57,700 nt of DNA from an uncultured bacterium (GCA_966685145.1 CBKXXB010000003.1:1-57700), one strand, 5' to 3'; positions 17,752 through 27,640 are shown, numbered from the stretch's first letter. The notes: generated from the letters alone by a model not told the origin. Numbers and translations: made by a program.

Positions 17752-18150
17752 CTACTTTTCGTGCTTAGTGAAGAAGGTAATTTCAAACCCGTCCGGATCG
17801 GCCATGCAAAAAGACGTATCCCCCCATTCATTGTCACGCAGAGTGTGTGTTAGGTTTCCGGTGTCTTTCAATGCTTCCCACAACTTCCAAACGTCAGACA
17901 CAGCTAGCGACACGCTGGCACCAGTAACCGGCCGATGCTCGTCACCGGAGCTTAGCAACTCGAGAATCGCGCCGCCCACGCTAAACATAACGCCCTTATT
18001 CGTTTCTCCCCTGTCCCATTCATTAATTATGGGGAAGCCTAGCTTTTTTTCGTAAAATTCCCTGACTAAGTAAAAGTTCTTAGGGTATAGCTTCAGCCGG
18101 AACTCAGTCACATCAGTCAAACGCCGCATGGTGTCATTGTTGTCTTTCAT
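17752..18150 (-). CDS. VOC/glyoxalase family protein
   Basis: FYEKKLGF and WGDTSFCMADPDG motifs. Confidence 0.88.
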   Translation of the reverse strand: MKDNNDTMRRLTDVTEFRLKLYPKNFYLVREFYEKKLGFPIINEWDRGETNKGVMFSVGGAILELLSSGDEHRPVTGASVSLAVSDVWKLWEALKDTGNLTHTLRDNEWGDTSFCMADPDGFEITFFTKHEK

Positions 18151-18740
18151 AATACTGCCGTAATTGCCTCTACGTATGCCGAATCACTGAAGCTATGTGG
18201 TGCATCTGGAATTTCTACAGCAGGGCTATGTAGGTCTTTAGCCGTAGAAACAACACGGTCCACCAGTTTTTTGTATATCTTCTTTTCCTTCTCGCCGTAG
18301 AAATGAACGCTTTGTACCTTTGTATTATTTATGGCTTCAGCAAGCGCTTCGGCTGAAATAGTGCGGAAGTCATCAACCCGACGTCGGCCGAACCACTTAT
18401 ACAGCTTTTCCTCGGGGTGGAACTTTGGTATGTCCTCCTTAAAAAATGGCGATAGAGAACACAGAACTATCTTATCCGGCTTTAATTCAGCAGCAGTGAT
18501 TAGCGCAACCATAGCTCCGAAAGAGTTGCCGATGATTATGTTGTGCTTACTTGCCCGTTGCTTATACAGATCTGTAAACTCTCGCACAAATTTAGACATG
18601 GTATGGTGTTTCCAGTTTATATCTACGGGAACGACTTTGTAGTTCTTTGATTCAATTGCTTCTCTAAGCAATTTATATTCATCGTGTGCGGCTGTGCGGT
18701 TAATCTCAAACCCGGCAATCAAAAACACAATTCCCTTCAT
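18147..18740 (-). CDS. Alpha/beta hydrolase
   Basis: GNSFG nucleophile elbow; C-terminal APH. Confidence 0.8.
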   Translation of the reverse strand: MKGIVFLIAGFEINRTAAHDEYKLLREAIESKNYKVVPVDINWKHHTMSKFVREFTDLYKQRASKHNIIIGNSFGAMVALITAAELKPDKIVLCSLSPFFKEDIPKFHPEEKLYKWFGRRRVDDFRTISAEALAEAINNTKVQSVHFYGEKEKKIYKKLVDRVVSTAKDLHSPAVEIPDAPHSFSDSAYVEAITAVL

Positions 18741-18860
18741 ATTGTTTCAATCATATCATTTACGCGAATAACGGTTTATTACATACTTCGTAGACAAAAC
18801 TATTTGAATATTATATGCGTTCTGCTACACTTCATACCATAAGCTAAACTGGAGGGTTTC

Positions 18861-19559
18861 ATGAACGAAGCTAAGGGTGTCGCTGACCAGTTCAGGGATT
18901 CAGCTAATGAATTCTGGACAGCCGTCGGCGGCTATTTGCCAAAGGTGTTTGGTGCGTTACTGCTGCTTGTATTCGCAGTAGTGGTGGCCAAATTAGCTCA
19001 GGCAGCAGTAGTTAAGGTGCTCGATCTGTTGGGCGTAGACAAGTTAATTAAGAGCAAAGGTATTTCAAGCAGCTTGAAAACAGCTGAAATTGATGTAGAT
19101 TTGGTTGCTATTGCCGGTCGGATTGTGTTCTGGGTCGTCATAATCATTTTCGCTCTGACGATTTCAGATGTACTCGGCCTGACTGCCATGAGTGATGTAA
19201 TCAACAGTCTGCTTAGCTACCTGCCTAATGTATTGGCTGCCGCAATTGTCTTGACAGTTACTGTAGCTGGTGCACGTTTAATAAGAGACGTAGTAACGGC
19301 AGCACTACGACGCATGCGCGTTGATTTTGCTCACAACATCGGTAACCTGACGTTTTATTTGATACTGGTTTTCGGTTTCCTCATGGGAGTCGATCAGCTC
19401 GGTTTCGACACCACAGTACTGACAGCTAACATAACAGTCATTGTCTCAGGCCTGGTTTTGGCTCTTGCCCTTGCCTTTGGCCTAGGCGGCCGTGACATAG
19501 CGAGCCGTATCTTAGAAGACGCTTACACAAATCTCAAAAAGCCAAAAGTTCGAAAATAA
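18861..19559 (+). CDS. CmpX-like / MscS TM-helix repeat membrane protein
   Basis: Repeated YLP.V..A TM helices; ALALAFGLGGRDIA; SD GGAGG. Confidence 0.85.
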   Translation: MNEAKGVADQFRDSANEFWTAVGGYLPKVFGALLLLVFAVVVAKLAQAAVVKVLDLLGVDKLIKSKGISSSLKTAEIDVDLVAIAGRIVFWVVIIIFALTISDVLGLTAMSDVINSLLSYLPNVLAAAIVLTVTVAGARLIRDVVTAALRRMRVDFAHNIGNLTFYLILVFGFLMGVDQLGFDTTVLTANITVIVSGLVLALALAFGLGGRDIASRILEDAYTNLKKPKVRK

Positions 19560-19583
19560 TACATAATAATTTTTAGCTTAACT

Positions 19584-19614
19584 AGACCAGAGGCTAATAC
19601 GTCTCTGGTCTTTT
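19584..19614 (+). terminator. Intrinsic terminator between convergent genes
   Basis: AGACCAGAG/CTCTGGTCT stem followed by TTT. Confidence 0.65.
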
Positions 19615-20198
19615 CATTGCGGACCACTAGTTCTGACAACCTGCAGCAGTTCGGGAAATTCTAAAGATTCCATCGTATTGCCAAGCATGAAGTGACCATA
19701 TCTAGGTATGTCTGTTGCTCGAGCCGACGGAAATGCTTCAGTCAGCATTTGCATACTTTGCTGAACATTACCATCATCTAGTGAGCTATAAAAAATAGCC
19801 AGGCCGCCAATACAACGCTTAGTCAGATCATGATCAATTGTGAAGTTAAGCAATTCTCTATATTTACGCTGAGGGTCCAGCCATGGTGCAACCAGAATTA
19901 ACTGACCCACTTCGAAATCGGGATGCTCGCTTAAGTACCGTACCCATAAACCAGCGCCCATGCTGTGCCCAATTGCTAAAGTATTACGATCAACCGGAAA
20001 TTTTAAAGCTTCAGAAATACAGTCTTCATAGATAGGATCGTATGGTTGAGGAAGCGCGGGAATGACAGTTTCTACACCAGCTTGCTCTAGTCTGTCAGCA
20101 ACCCAAGGTAGCCAATTTGCTTCATGCGGCTTGGGCAACTCAGGATTGAAGTACCGTTCCCGTTTCGGCTTGCCATGCAAAATAACTGCATTCTTCAT
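19614..20198 (-). CDS. YdeN/RBBP9-like alpha/beta hydrolase (paralog of 16630-17202)
   Basis: ILHGKP, WLPW, GHSMG, LVAPWLDP and GHF motifs. Confidence 0.9.
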   Translation of the reverse strand: MKNAVILHGKPKRERYFNPELPKPHEANWLPWVADRLEQAGVETVIPALPQPYDPIYEDCISEALKFPVDRNTLAIGHSMGAGLWVRYLSEHPDFEVGQLILVAPWLDPQRKYRELLNFTIDHDLTKRCIGGLAIFYSSLDDGNVQQSMQMLTEAFPSARATDIPRYGHFMLGNTMESLEFPELLQVVRTSGPQ

Positions 20199-20205
20199 AG
20201 TAGCA

Positions 20206-20676
20206 TCAGCTTCTATTTAATTTTGCTTCGCCTGCTTTTAATAGCTGGATGTACGAATTTGTATCTCGGATAATATCGTCGAAATTGTGGTACACAGCTT
20301 TAGTGACACTAGGCTGGGCTGCCAAACCGATATCTACATAGGGGAACCGTTCTTTTGCATCATAGAGGCATAACATTCTTTTGCCCTTAGCTAGGGCATA
20401 ACCGAGTTCCAGGCGCACGCCGGCAGATGGCGGATTATTGCCCACAAGAGCTATGACAGCATCTGCTTTATCAAGCGCTTGAATGTCTTTATTGAAAGCG
20501 TCAACCGGGTCAACATCGTTTAGCCTCCATCCATCCTGCCTCGCTGCACAAAATACACTAAAGCCTTCGGCTTCGCAGAGAGTTATTAAACGTTCCAGTT
20601 GTCGCTTGAACTCAGATAGCACCGCTCCATGTGCATCCACCTTTGATGAAAACGACGTGGCCAGGAATATGTTCAT
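20206..20676 (-). CDS. Nucleoside 2-deoxyribosyltransferase-like protein
   Basis: IFLA..F, D...LDKADAVIA and SAGVRLELGYA motifs. Confidence 0.85.
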   Translation of the reverse strand: MNIFLATSFSSKVDAHGAVLSEFKRQLERLITLCEAEGFSVFCAARQDGWRLNDVDPVDAFNKDIQALDKADAVIALVGNNPPSAGVRLELGYALAKGKRMLCLYDAKERFPYVDIGLAAQPSVTKAVYHNFDDIIRDTNSYIQLLKAGEAKLNRS

Positions 20677-20766
20677 AATGCTCCAATCATAACACCATCA
20701 CACTAAAACTTAATGCCAGCTAGTTTACATTATTACAATAATATATTTTTAATGTAGTATTGTACT

Positions 20767-21990
20767 GTGGTGACATTTGAGAGTTTTGAGCATGAAATAC
20801 CCGTACAAGGTCTAGATCCTCGAATTGATCTCGCTACCGGGATTTTGCTATTGAACCAGGTAACAATCCAACGCATAGAGGAGCAACAGGCTCCGCGCAA
20901 TCTTCTTCAGCTGCACGGCGTCGGTCGCGTTGCCCTTATTAATGATTACATTACTGCCTCACCGGATGTTCGTATGGTGGTTGGTCTTCGAAGCGTCTTG
21001 CGAGGGCCTGACACGGGGCAGAGATTCCCTGGTATGAATGCCGAAGACTGGACAAGATCTGATGATCTGACTTACGGCCATTGGATGGTAGATACAGTCA
21101 GTGCCACAGAACCGGCCCCGGCACTGAATAGGCACATACTGGCACAGGCTAGCCGGCTGGGAATCGGCCCCTCAATTAATCATTTCCGCTCCCGCAAAAC
21201 GTTCGGAAGTCTTTCAGGATATTATGAGGCCTTAGATATATTATCCGGTACTAGGAAGAGATTTTTATTTAGGGATTGGCCGTCCAGCAGATATGTTAGC
21301 CGCATCCAAGGGCTAGGCAAGGAATTGGGCCGCAAGCCTACCGAGTCCGAAATTATGGACCGTATAGGAGCCGGCGAAAAATTTCCATCACCTACTATCA
21401 TCAGAGATGTTTGGGGATCATACCCACAATTGCTTGATGAATGCGGCTGGCCAGACATCAGGAAATGGACTAAGGAGCAGTTCGAAGATTGGGGTGTAGC
21501 ATTCATGATAGTGAACGAAGGCATGGCCCCTAAAGCCCGACAAATTGATTACCTGTCCGCTCAGGACCGTGGTCCGTCCTCGGGTATGTTTTATCTGTCG
21601 CCGTACTTTGATAGAAAATTGAGCACATTCCAAGTAGTGGTAAGAGAAAAATATGAGCAAAAACTTAGCTATATAGATGAGCTGATCAGCCGCGGTATAT
21701 TGCCTGTTTCTTTATTTGGCGATGATCCCTCCCCTTACCAGAGAGTTCGTAGAGTTGCACAGTATCGGCTATTAAGGCGAGTGGACACCGACTTAAGCAA
21801 TGGCTTCCACGTATTGGCGGCTAAAAACGAATCCTCAGCTTCGTTCACTTCTCTGGTTCGACAACTCAAGCCACGACTTTCGGAGGATGACATTTATGCA
21901 ATAGCTAGAGAAATGGGTATTTATGACGACATCTGGAAGCTTGAGATTTATAACGAAACTCTAAAGATTCCGCCTACTTCATCAGATTAG
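20767..21990 (+). CDS. Hypothetical protein with homing-endonuclease-associated-like helical repeats
   Basis: Repeats of the form W....(LGRKPT)...PS...I...(F/W)GS....L at three positions. Confidence 0.6.
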   Translation: MVTFESFEHEIPVQGLDPRIDLATGILLLNQVTIQRIEEQQAPRNLLQLHGVGRVALINDYITASPDVRMVVGLRSVLRGPDTGQRFPGMNAEDWTRSDDLTYGHWMVDTVSATEPAPALNRHILAQASRLGIGPSINHFRSRKTFGSLSGYYEALDILSGTRKRFLFRDWPSSRYVSRIQGLGKELGRKPTESEIMDRIGAGEKFPSPTIIRDVWGSYPQLLDECGWPDIRKWTKEQFEDWGVAFMIVNEGMAPKARQIDYLSAQDRGPSSGMFYLSPYFDRKLSTFQVVVREKYEQKLSYIDELISRGILPVSLFGDDPSPYQRVRRVAQYRLLRRVDTDLSNGFHVLAAKNESSASFTSLVRQLKPRLSEDDIYAIAREMGIYDDIWKLEIYNETLKIPPTSSD

Positions 21991-22006
21991 AGAAACTTAA
22001 GGCGTT

Positions 22007-22231
22007 TTAAACGTCTATTATCGTGCTCTTGGATTTATTTATTTTTGGTTCTTCGGGCACGACAACCCACATAACTACATACGGCACCAGACCGGGCAAA
22101 CCGCCAGGTAGTAGCAATATGAAGAATAAGACCCGGAAAATTATTGGGTCAACGTCAAAGTACTTCCCCAGGCCACCGCAAACACCAGCGATTACTTTGT
22201 TATCTACTGAACGGTAAAGTTTCTTAGACAT
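22007..22231 (-). CDS. pspC: PspC domain protein
   Basis: KLYRS..NKVIAGVCGGLGKYFDVDP..R...Y...W...PEE. Confidence 0.92.
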   Translation of the reverse strand: MSKKLYRSVDNKVIAGVCGGLGKYFDVDPIIFRVLFFILLLPGGLPGLVPYVVMWVVVPEEPKINKSKSTIIDV

Positions 22232-22266
22232 AAGCTTATTGTAGCAAACAGTAAAGAGTTTGGATG

Positions 22267-22578
22267 CTACTCTTGCACTTGTTGATCCGTCTGCATCAAG
22301 GGAATATCGACAGGCCTGAACTGAGTTACAGCATTATCGTGTGCTAGCAGTAGCTCGTTTGTTCTATAAAGTCGAAGCATTTGCACATAAGCACCAACTG
22401 CCCCTACAAGCGAAATGATTCCAGTATTATCAATGATTTCGCCTGCAGCCGATACGCCGGTAGAAATTCCCAAAACGAGCGCGGCAGCATTCCTGGCCCG
22501 GCGTACACGCTCTAGTGTTTCCGGCTCTAGGATGTGAGAAAACATAGCCTTCTCTGAATCAGGTCTTATAAAACCCAT
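22267..22578 (-). CDS. Hypothetical two-TM membrane protein
   Basis: AAGGAG SD; two hydrophobic segments. Confidence 0.6.
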   Translation of the reverse strand: MGFIRPDSEKAMFSHILEPETLERVRRARNAAALVLGISTGVSAAGEIIDNTGIISLVGAVGAYVQMLRLYRTNELLLAHDNAVTQFRPVDIPLMQTDQQVQE

Positions 22579-22661
22579 AGCGTCTCCTTTATTTCAATAC
22601 TATACCATGTTTATGGGTATACTCGCCATCTGTCGCAACCATTAAATCAAGATAGCACTAG

Positions 22662-23087
22662 CTACTTACCCGTAGCGCGCGCATAAATAATTGCGCCAAG
22701 ACCGATCGCTAAAAACACCAATCCTATGAACTGTATTAAAGAGACCTTTTCCTTAAAAACAAAATAGCTGAGTATAGTGGATAAGAAAATTGCACCGCCC
22801 AAAACAATTGGCGACACTATGCCGACTTTATTCAGCGTAAACCCCTTATTGATTGCCAAAGTAAAAAGTGCCACCGTAACACCACTAAGAACGGCCATTA
22901 TAACGCCGAACTTGTTGTCGGTTACTGTCTTGCGGCTAAAAAGCGGTAATGCCACAGCAGTGGTAGTTATGGCTGAAATGATAGTAGTTACCGCTGAAGC
23001 AAAGTTGCTATTGACGTTTCTCGCAGCCGCCGCTCCAAAAATAAGCGCCGCCGTGTAAAGCCCAAGTGCCAAAAAAATATAAATCAT
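22662..23087 (-). CDS. EamA/DMT family small transporter
   Basis: Five TMs; VSPI...LSYFVFKEKVS..QFIG. Confidence 0.85.
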   Translation of the reverse strand: MIYIFLALGLYTAALIFGAAAARNVNSNFASAVTTIISAITTTAVALPLFSRKTVTDNKFGVIMAVLSGVTVALFTLAINKGFTLNKVGIVSPIVLGGAIFLSTILSYFVFKEKVSLIQFIGLVFLAIGLGAIIYARATGK

Positions 23088-23110
23088 CTTGGTTCAATCA
23101 TAGCATCTAG

Positions 23111-23848
23111 TTAGATAAACAAAGTTATTACTAGGATTAAAGCTACCGCGGCCATTATTCGTTTTACGAAGACGTTCCCTCTTTTTACCGCCAGATTCAG
23201 ACCCAGGAATCCACCAACCGCCGTGCCGACAAACAGTGTTGAACCAAGCGGAATATTTACGGCACCGTGCCCGAGGAAAAATATTAACTGCAAAGGCAGG
23301 CTAAGTAGTCCCAAAAACCGTCTGGTGCTTATTGTTTCAATTGCACTCAAGCCCAAGAACCCAATCAAAACATAGTTTACTAATATGCCTAGCCCGGAAC
23401 CGAAGCCGGAAAACACCACGCTAATTATAAAAAATAGCAGGTAGCCCCCGTATTTTTGCTTTGGCGTTACCTTGCGCGAACCTTCGGCTATTCGCCAGCT
23501 GGCGATGCTGGCTAGAGCCGTAACTACAACAATTATTGAGCTGATTACTTTAACGGCATTGTCTGAAAACAAGAACGTAAATTGCGGGCCTACTATACTG
23601 GCTATGACCGTGAGGATTAAAAGTGGCTTCAGATAATCTTTGCGTATAATGTTTTTGTTTCGGGCGCTAACCATCGAGCCAACCATTATCCCGACACCAC
23701 CAAACTTAATGGTTCCGATGGCTGCCGTAGGCGGAACGCCCAGCAGTTGAAGCGCCGGCAGCAAGATAAAGTATCCTGCTCCGCCGCCGATATTACTCAG
23801 AAAGCTCGACACTACGCCAAGCACAAAGACAAAAACAAGCTCAACCAT
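23111..23848 (-). CDS. TauE/SafE (TSUP) family transporter
   Basis: GGGAG...LP.L.LLG.PP..AIGT and GFGSGLG motifs; 8 TMs. Confidence 0.88.
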   Translation of the reverse strand: MVELVFVFVLGVVSSFLSNIGGGAGYFILLPALQLLGVPPTAAIGTIKFGGVGIMVGSMVSARNKNIIRKDYLKPLLILTVIASIVGPQFTFLFSDNAVKVISSIIVVVTALASIASWRIAEGSRKVTPKQKYGGYLLFFIISVVFSGFGSGLGILVNYVLIGFLGLSAIETISTRRFLGLLSLPLQLIFFLGHGAVNIPLGSTLFVGTAVGGFLGLNLAVKRGNVFVKRIMAAVALILVITLFI

Positions 23849-23881
23849 TGTCGTTAAATCATAACAGAATCAATTGCGGCG

Positions 23882-24442
23882 TTATACGAGCTTATAAAGC
23901 TCAGGTTCACAGTAATTAAGCGCCACTAGAGAAACCGGTTCTTCAAGTGTGGCTACCGGTCTGTCATCGCACATGATGCGCGGATTATTAATCGCCACCA
24001 GCAGTCCGTGCGACCTCTCATAAGGAGTCAGGTCCCGTATCTTCAGGCCGTGCGGCACGTCATACCAGGGCCCAACTATGATGCCTGCAAAATCACCGTC
24101 CAGGTCAGTGTCGGGCGTGATCATCGCCCAGGATACACCACCGGATGCCTTGGCTACCATAAAGCCTCCGGCCTTTTTGATCTTAATCGGGTTTCCGGGT
24201 GCAATATCTACCTCGCCGGATACTTCGTCTAAAAAGCGATCGATGTGGGTGCTTGCCACACCTTCCTCAAGCCCGGTGACGTTTGCCAGCAGACCATCAA
24301 AACGGCCTAGCAGTTCTTCTCGGCCAGGGTTTACAGTTTGAATCCCAATTGATGAAAGAATACGCATAGTAAATTCCGTTTGCTCGCCGATACTGAAAGC
24401 AGAGCCCATAAGACGGTCAAATTCTGTCGGGTCATAAGCCAT
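23882..24442 (-). CDS. Hypothetical protein
   Basis: ORF fills the gap; a TATAAT promoter ends 10 nt before ATG 24442. Confidence 0.6.
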   Translation of the reverse strand: MAYDPTEFDRLMGSAFSIGEQTEFTMRILSSIGIQTVNPGREELLGRFDGLLANVTGLEEGVASTHIDRFLDEVSGEVDIAPGNPIKIKKAGGFMVAKASGGVSWAMITPDTDLDGDFAGIIVGPWYDVPHGLKIRDLTPYERSHGLLVAINNPRIMCDDRPVATLEEPVSLVALNYCEPELYKLV

Positions 24443-24520
24443 AATGAGCAACATTATACAATCAACGTGACTGTTGCAAAGTATTTCGCGTGCTAGCCTC
24501 TGAAAACTTTTAGCTATTAA

Positions 24521-25258
24521 TTATTTACCTGAGATTGAGTAGCCGCCATCAACTAATATAGTTTGACCGGTAATGAAGCTTGCTCGATCACTGGCCAAAA
24601 ACAAGATAGCTTCGCCAATCTCACCCGGCTCAGCAACCCGACCCGTCAGTGCTGTTTTAGTTTGCGCCCAGACTGCTTCAGTCCAGTGCTGTGTCATTTC
24701 AGTATTAGTAAAGCCCGGCGAAACTGCATTTACAGCTATATGCGGAGCAAACTCTTTGGCAAGCGTAGTGGTGAGGTTAATAATAGCAGCCTTAGAGGCT
24801 GAGTAAGCAGGCTTGCCTGCCGATTCGCTATGTCCGCGTATAGAAGCAATGTTTACTATCCGCCCGTACTCCGCAGCTTGCATCGCCGGGATTACGGCTT
24901 TACAAAAGTTGACGGTACCCAGAACATTTACCTTAAATAAATCCAGCCAGATTTCTGAAGTAGCCTCTAGGAATAATTTTGACGTGGCGATACCTACACT
25001 GTTGACGAGTACGTCAATCTTGCCTTGCTTGCTCAAAACCTGATCCACGGCTTTTTTGACTGCCTTTTCATCAGTAACGTCACAAGCAATATGTTGCGTG
25101 TCCAGTTCTTGTGCTAGTTTTTTGAGCTCATCTGACTCGGTTCTACCGTGCAGCACAACGCTCGCGCCATAATCCTTAGCCAGCTTTGCCGTAGCTGCTC
25201 CTATTCCTCTCGAAGAGCCCGTAATTAAAATTACTTTGCCTTCTAACATGTTCTTCAT
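24521..25258 (-). CDS. SDR family oxidoreductase (FabG-like)
   Basis: TGSSRGIG, YSASK and VDGG motifs. Confidence 0.95.
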   Translation of the reverse strand: MKNMLEGKVILITGSSRGIGAATAKLAKDYGASVVLHGRTESDELKKLAQELDTQHIACDVTDEKAVKKAVDQVLSKQGKIDVLVNSVGIATSKLFLEATSEIWLDLFKVNVLGTVNFCKAVIPAMQAAEYGRIVNIASIRGHSESAGKPAYSASKAAIINLTTTLAKEFAPHIAVNAVSPGFTNTEMTQHWTEAVWAQTKTALTGRVAEPGEIGEAILFLASDRASFITGQTILVDGGYSISGK

Positions 25259-25274
25259 GTCTCAATCATAACAT

Positions 25275-25326
25275 TGACCTTCCATTTTGTTTCGGCAAAA
25301 CGGAAGCCAAAAGCCGACAGGCGGCT
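25275..25326 (-). terminator. Two adjacent hairpins; the first is terminator-like
   Basis: AGCCG/CGGCT + TTT, then CTTCCGTTTTG-CCGAAA-CAAAATGGAAG. Confidence 0.5.
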
Positions 25327-25332
25327 GAAGGT

Positions 25333-25857
25333 TTAGTTAGCGATTATGGTGTCAACGGCTTCGGTTAGGTTTGTCGCTTGATAGTCCGCTTCAGGCGCTT
25401 CGTCCTGTACATTTGCAGTTCGCACCAATATAGTCCTCACGCCTGCGTTCTTACCTGCCAACACATCGGAGCGATGATCGCCGGCCATAAAGATTTCTGT
25501 CGGATTGAGATGAAAGTCTTTCATGGCCTGCAGAAGCATGGTCGGTTTTGGCTTGCGACATTCGCAGCCGTCATCCGGTCCATGCGGACACATATAGGTT
25601 TTCAGGATCTTAACGCCGCTTGTTTCCAGTTGCTCAACAACTTTGGCATTTATACGGTCAAAGTCTTCTTGATTCAGTCTGCTTTCAGCAATTCCGGCTT
25701 GGTTTGTTATCAGAATTACAGAAAAGCCGTTATCTGCCAGCTGCTTGAGTGCAGAGATTGAATCTGGGAACAGCTGGATTTTATCTTCCCTGTCCACGCG
25801 TTCATCTGGCGGATCAACGATAACTGTCCCATCCCTGTCCAGCAAGACCACTTTCAC
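25333..25857 (-). CDS. HAD-IIIA phosphatase (GmhB/HisB-N-like)
   Basis: LDRDGT, ITNQAG, CPH...CECRKP and GD motifs. Confidence 0.9.
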   Translation of the reverse strand: MKVVLLDRDGTVIVDPPDERVDREDKIQLFPDSISALKQLADNGFSVILITNQAGIAESRLNQEDFDRINAKVVEQLETSGVKILKTYMCPHGPDDGCECRKPKPTMLLQAMKDFHLNPTEIFMAGDHRSDVLAGKNAGVRTILVRTANVQDEAPEADYQATNLTEAVDTIIAN

Positions 25858-26219
25858 TTTTCGAAAGCCCCTGTTGATGGGATTGAAGCCTCATGATTCG
25901 GGGGCATGAAGCCGATTTCGTCTATCTCACCAAGAAGCGTTACTTTGCCAAAGTCTTCGTTTTTTGGCATTGCCAGCCACTGCTTACTAACCTCGCTATT
26001 GCCTTGGTGTAATTCCTTCATTGCAGCGTCACGCAATTCTTTGGAGTCCCATTCAGCAATCGCCATCACCGAACTACTGCCGTGCATGCTGTGCAACTTA
26101 GTACCACGCGATCCAGGCAGCTTTTGTATGAGCGCACTTCCCTTCCTCCAGTGTTCAATAAACTGCTCGCGCATCGAGTCATCATCGAAATCAACCCTAA
26201 AAACATATCTGTGCGGCAT
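25854..26219 (-). CDS. Antibiotic biosynthesis monooxygenase (ABM)-like protein
   Basis: F...W......Q..PG.RGT.LH...IAEW.S pattern. Confidence 0.75.
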   Translation of the reverse strand: MPHRYVFRVDFDDDSMREQFIEHWRKGSALIQKLPGSRGTKLHSMHGSSSVMAIAEWDSKELRDAAMKELHQGNSEVSKQWLAMPKNEDFGKVTLLGEIDEIGFMPPNHEASIPSTGAFEK

Positions 26220-26224
26220 GTAAA

Positions 26225-27583
26225 TTACACTTTTATAAATTTACTAATCTCAGTCACCTTGATTCGTTCTTGGTCGGTGGTGTCGCGGTTGCGGACGGTG
26301 ACTGTGTTATCTTCCAGAGTTTGGAAATCAATCGTTACGCAGTACGGCGTGCCGATTTCGTCCTGACGGCGATATCGTTTACCGATATTGCCGTTGTCAT
26401 CCCACATGACATTGCCTCCGCTGGCCAGCGGATTCTTCTTCAGCATGTCGTAGACTTCCCTGGCCTTAGCTAACAGTTCCGGCTTGTTCTTGAGCAGTGG
26501 ACTGACAGCGACACGGTACGGCGCCAAGTGCGGTGCGAGCTTCAGCACTACGCGAGTCTCGCCGTTGATCTCTTCCTCATGATAGGCATTGGTCAGTACG
26601 GCCAGAAACATACGGCCCACACCAACTGAAGACTCAACGATGTATGGTGTGAATCGCTCTTTGGTCTCTTCGTCAAAGTATTGCAGATCCTTTCCGCTAA
26701 CCCGCATGTGATTGCCCAGGTCAAAGTCCGTGCGGTTGTGCGTACCCCACAGTTCCTTGAAGCCCTGCGGATACTTGAAGTAAATGTCATGGGCAGCGGC
26801 CGCGTAGTGGGCACGCTCGTTCTCGTCATGTTCGTGCCACTGCAAATTCTCTTCCGCAATCCCGAGCCGGCCGGTTAAAAACTTCCATGCAAAATCACGC
26901 CACTGTTCATAGACTTCATCCTGCATATCCGGCTTGATGAAGTACTGCATCTCCATCTGCTCAAGCTCGCGCACACGAAATATAAAGTCGCGCGGACTGA
27001 TTTCATTTCGAAATGCCTTGCCTATCTGGGCGATACCGAACGGCAGTTTGGCACGCATGGTCTCGCGCACGTTCTCGTAATTCGTGAATATAGAACCGGC
27101 TGTTTCGGGGCGTAAGTATGCAACGCTTGAGTCATCCTCAATTGGACCCACCCAGGTCTTCATCATCATGTTGTAGTAGCGCGGTTCGGTCAGCGTCTTC
27201 TTGCCGCACGTCGGGCATGCCTTGTCTTTCAAAAGTTCTTTAAGCTCGTTTAAATCCGTTGAGTCGGTTCCAGCCAGGTGGTCTGCCCTGTGTCTACCAC
27301 CGCAGTTTTTACAATCAACCAGCGGGTCCGTGAACCCGGCTATGTGGCCACTGGCCTCCCAAAGCTTGGGATTCTGGATGATGGCACCATCTACGCCGAA
27401 GATATTGTCTGATTCTTTGACCATCGCCTGCCACCAGAGCTGCTTGATATTGTTAACCAGTTCTACGCCAAGCGGACCATAGTCCCAGAAACCCGCCAGG
27501 CCGCCGTAAATCTCCGACGCCTGAAATACGAACCCTCGGCGCTTACACAAACTGACAATGTCATCCATTTTCGTCTCACTCAT
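26225..27583 (-). CDS. glyQS: Glycine--tRNA ligase, homodimeric alpha2 type
   Basis: LCKRRGF, WEASGH, YLRPETA, GKAFRNEI and IGKRYRRQDEIGTP motifs. Confidence 0.97.
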   Translation of the reverse strand: MSETKMDDIVSLCKRRGFVFQASEIYGGLAGFWDYGPLGVELVNNIKQLWWQAMVKESDNIFGVDGAIIQNPKLWEASGHIAGFTDPLVDCKNCGGRHRADHLAGTDSTDLNELKELLKDKACPTCGKKTLTEPRYYNMMMKTWVGPIEDDSSVAYLRPETAGSIFTNYENVRETMRAKLPFGIAQIGKAFRNEISPRDFIFRVRELEQMEMQYFIKPDMQDEVYEQWRDFAWKFLTGRLGIAEENLQWHEHDENERAHYAAAAHDIYFKYPQGFKELWGTHNRTDFDLGNHMRVSGKDLQYFDEETKERFTPYIVESSVGVGRMFLAVLTNAYHEEEINGETRVVLKLAPHLAPYRVAVSPLLKNKPELLAKAREVYDMLKKNPLASGGNVMWDDNGNIGKRYRRQDEIGTPYCVTIDFQTLEDNTVTVRNRDTTDQERIKVTEISKFIKV

Positions 27584-27640
27584 AAGTGAAGATTATAACA
27601 GTTGGGTTTGTATTTTGTATCTTAAGAAATTTACTGCTTC

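Noticed and set aside
12189-25332. Integron cassette array (GTTATGA resembles an attC core; hairpin at 25275-25309)
   Set aside because: Most gaps are too short for attC, the motif varies as TGnTATGAT like an extended -10, and no integrase is present
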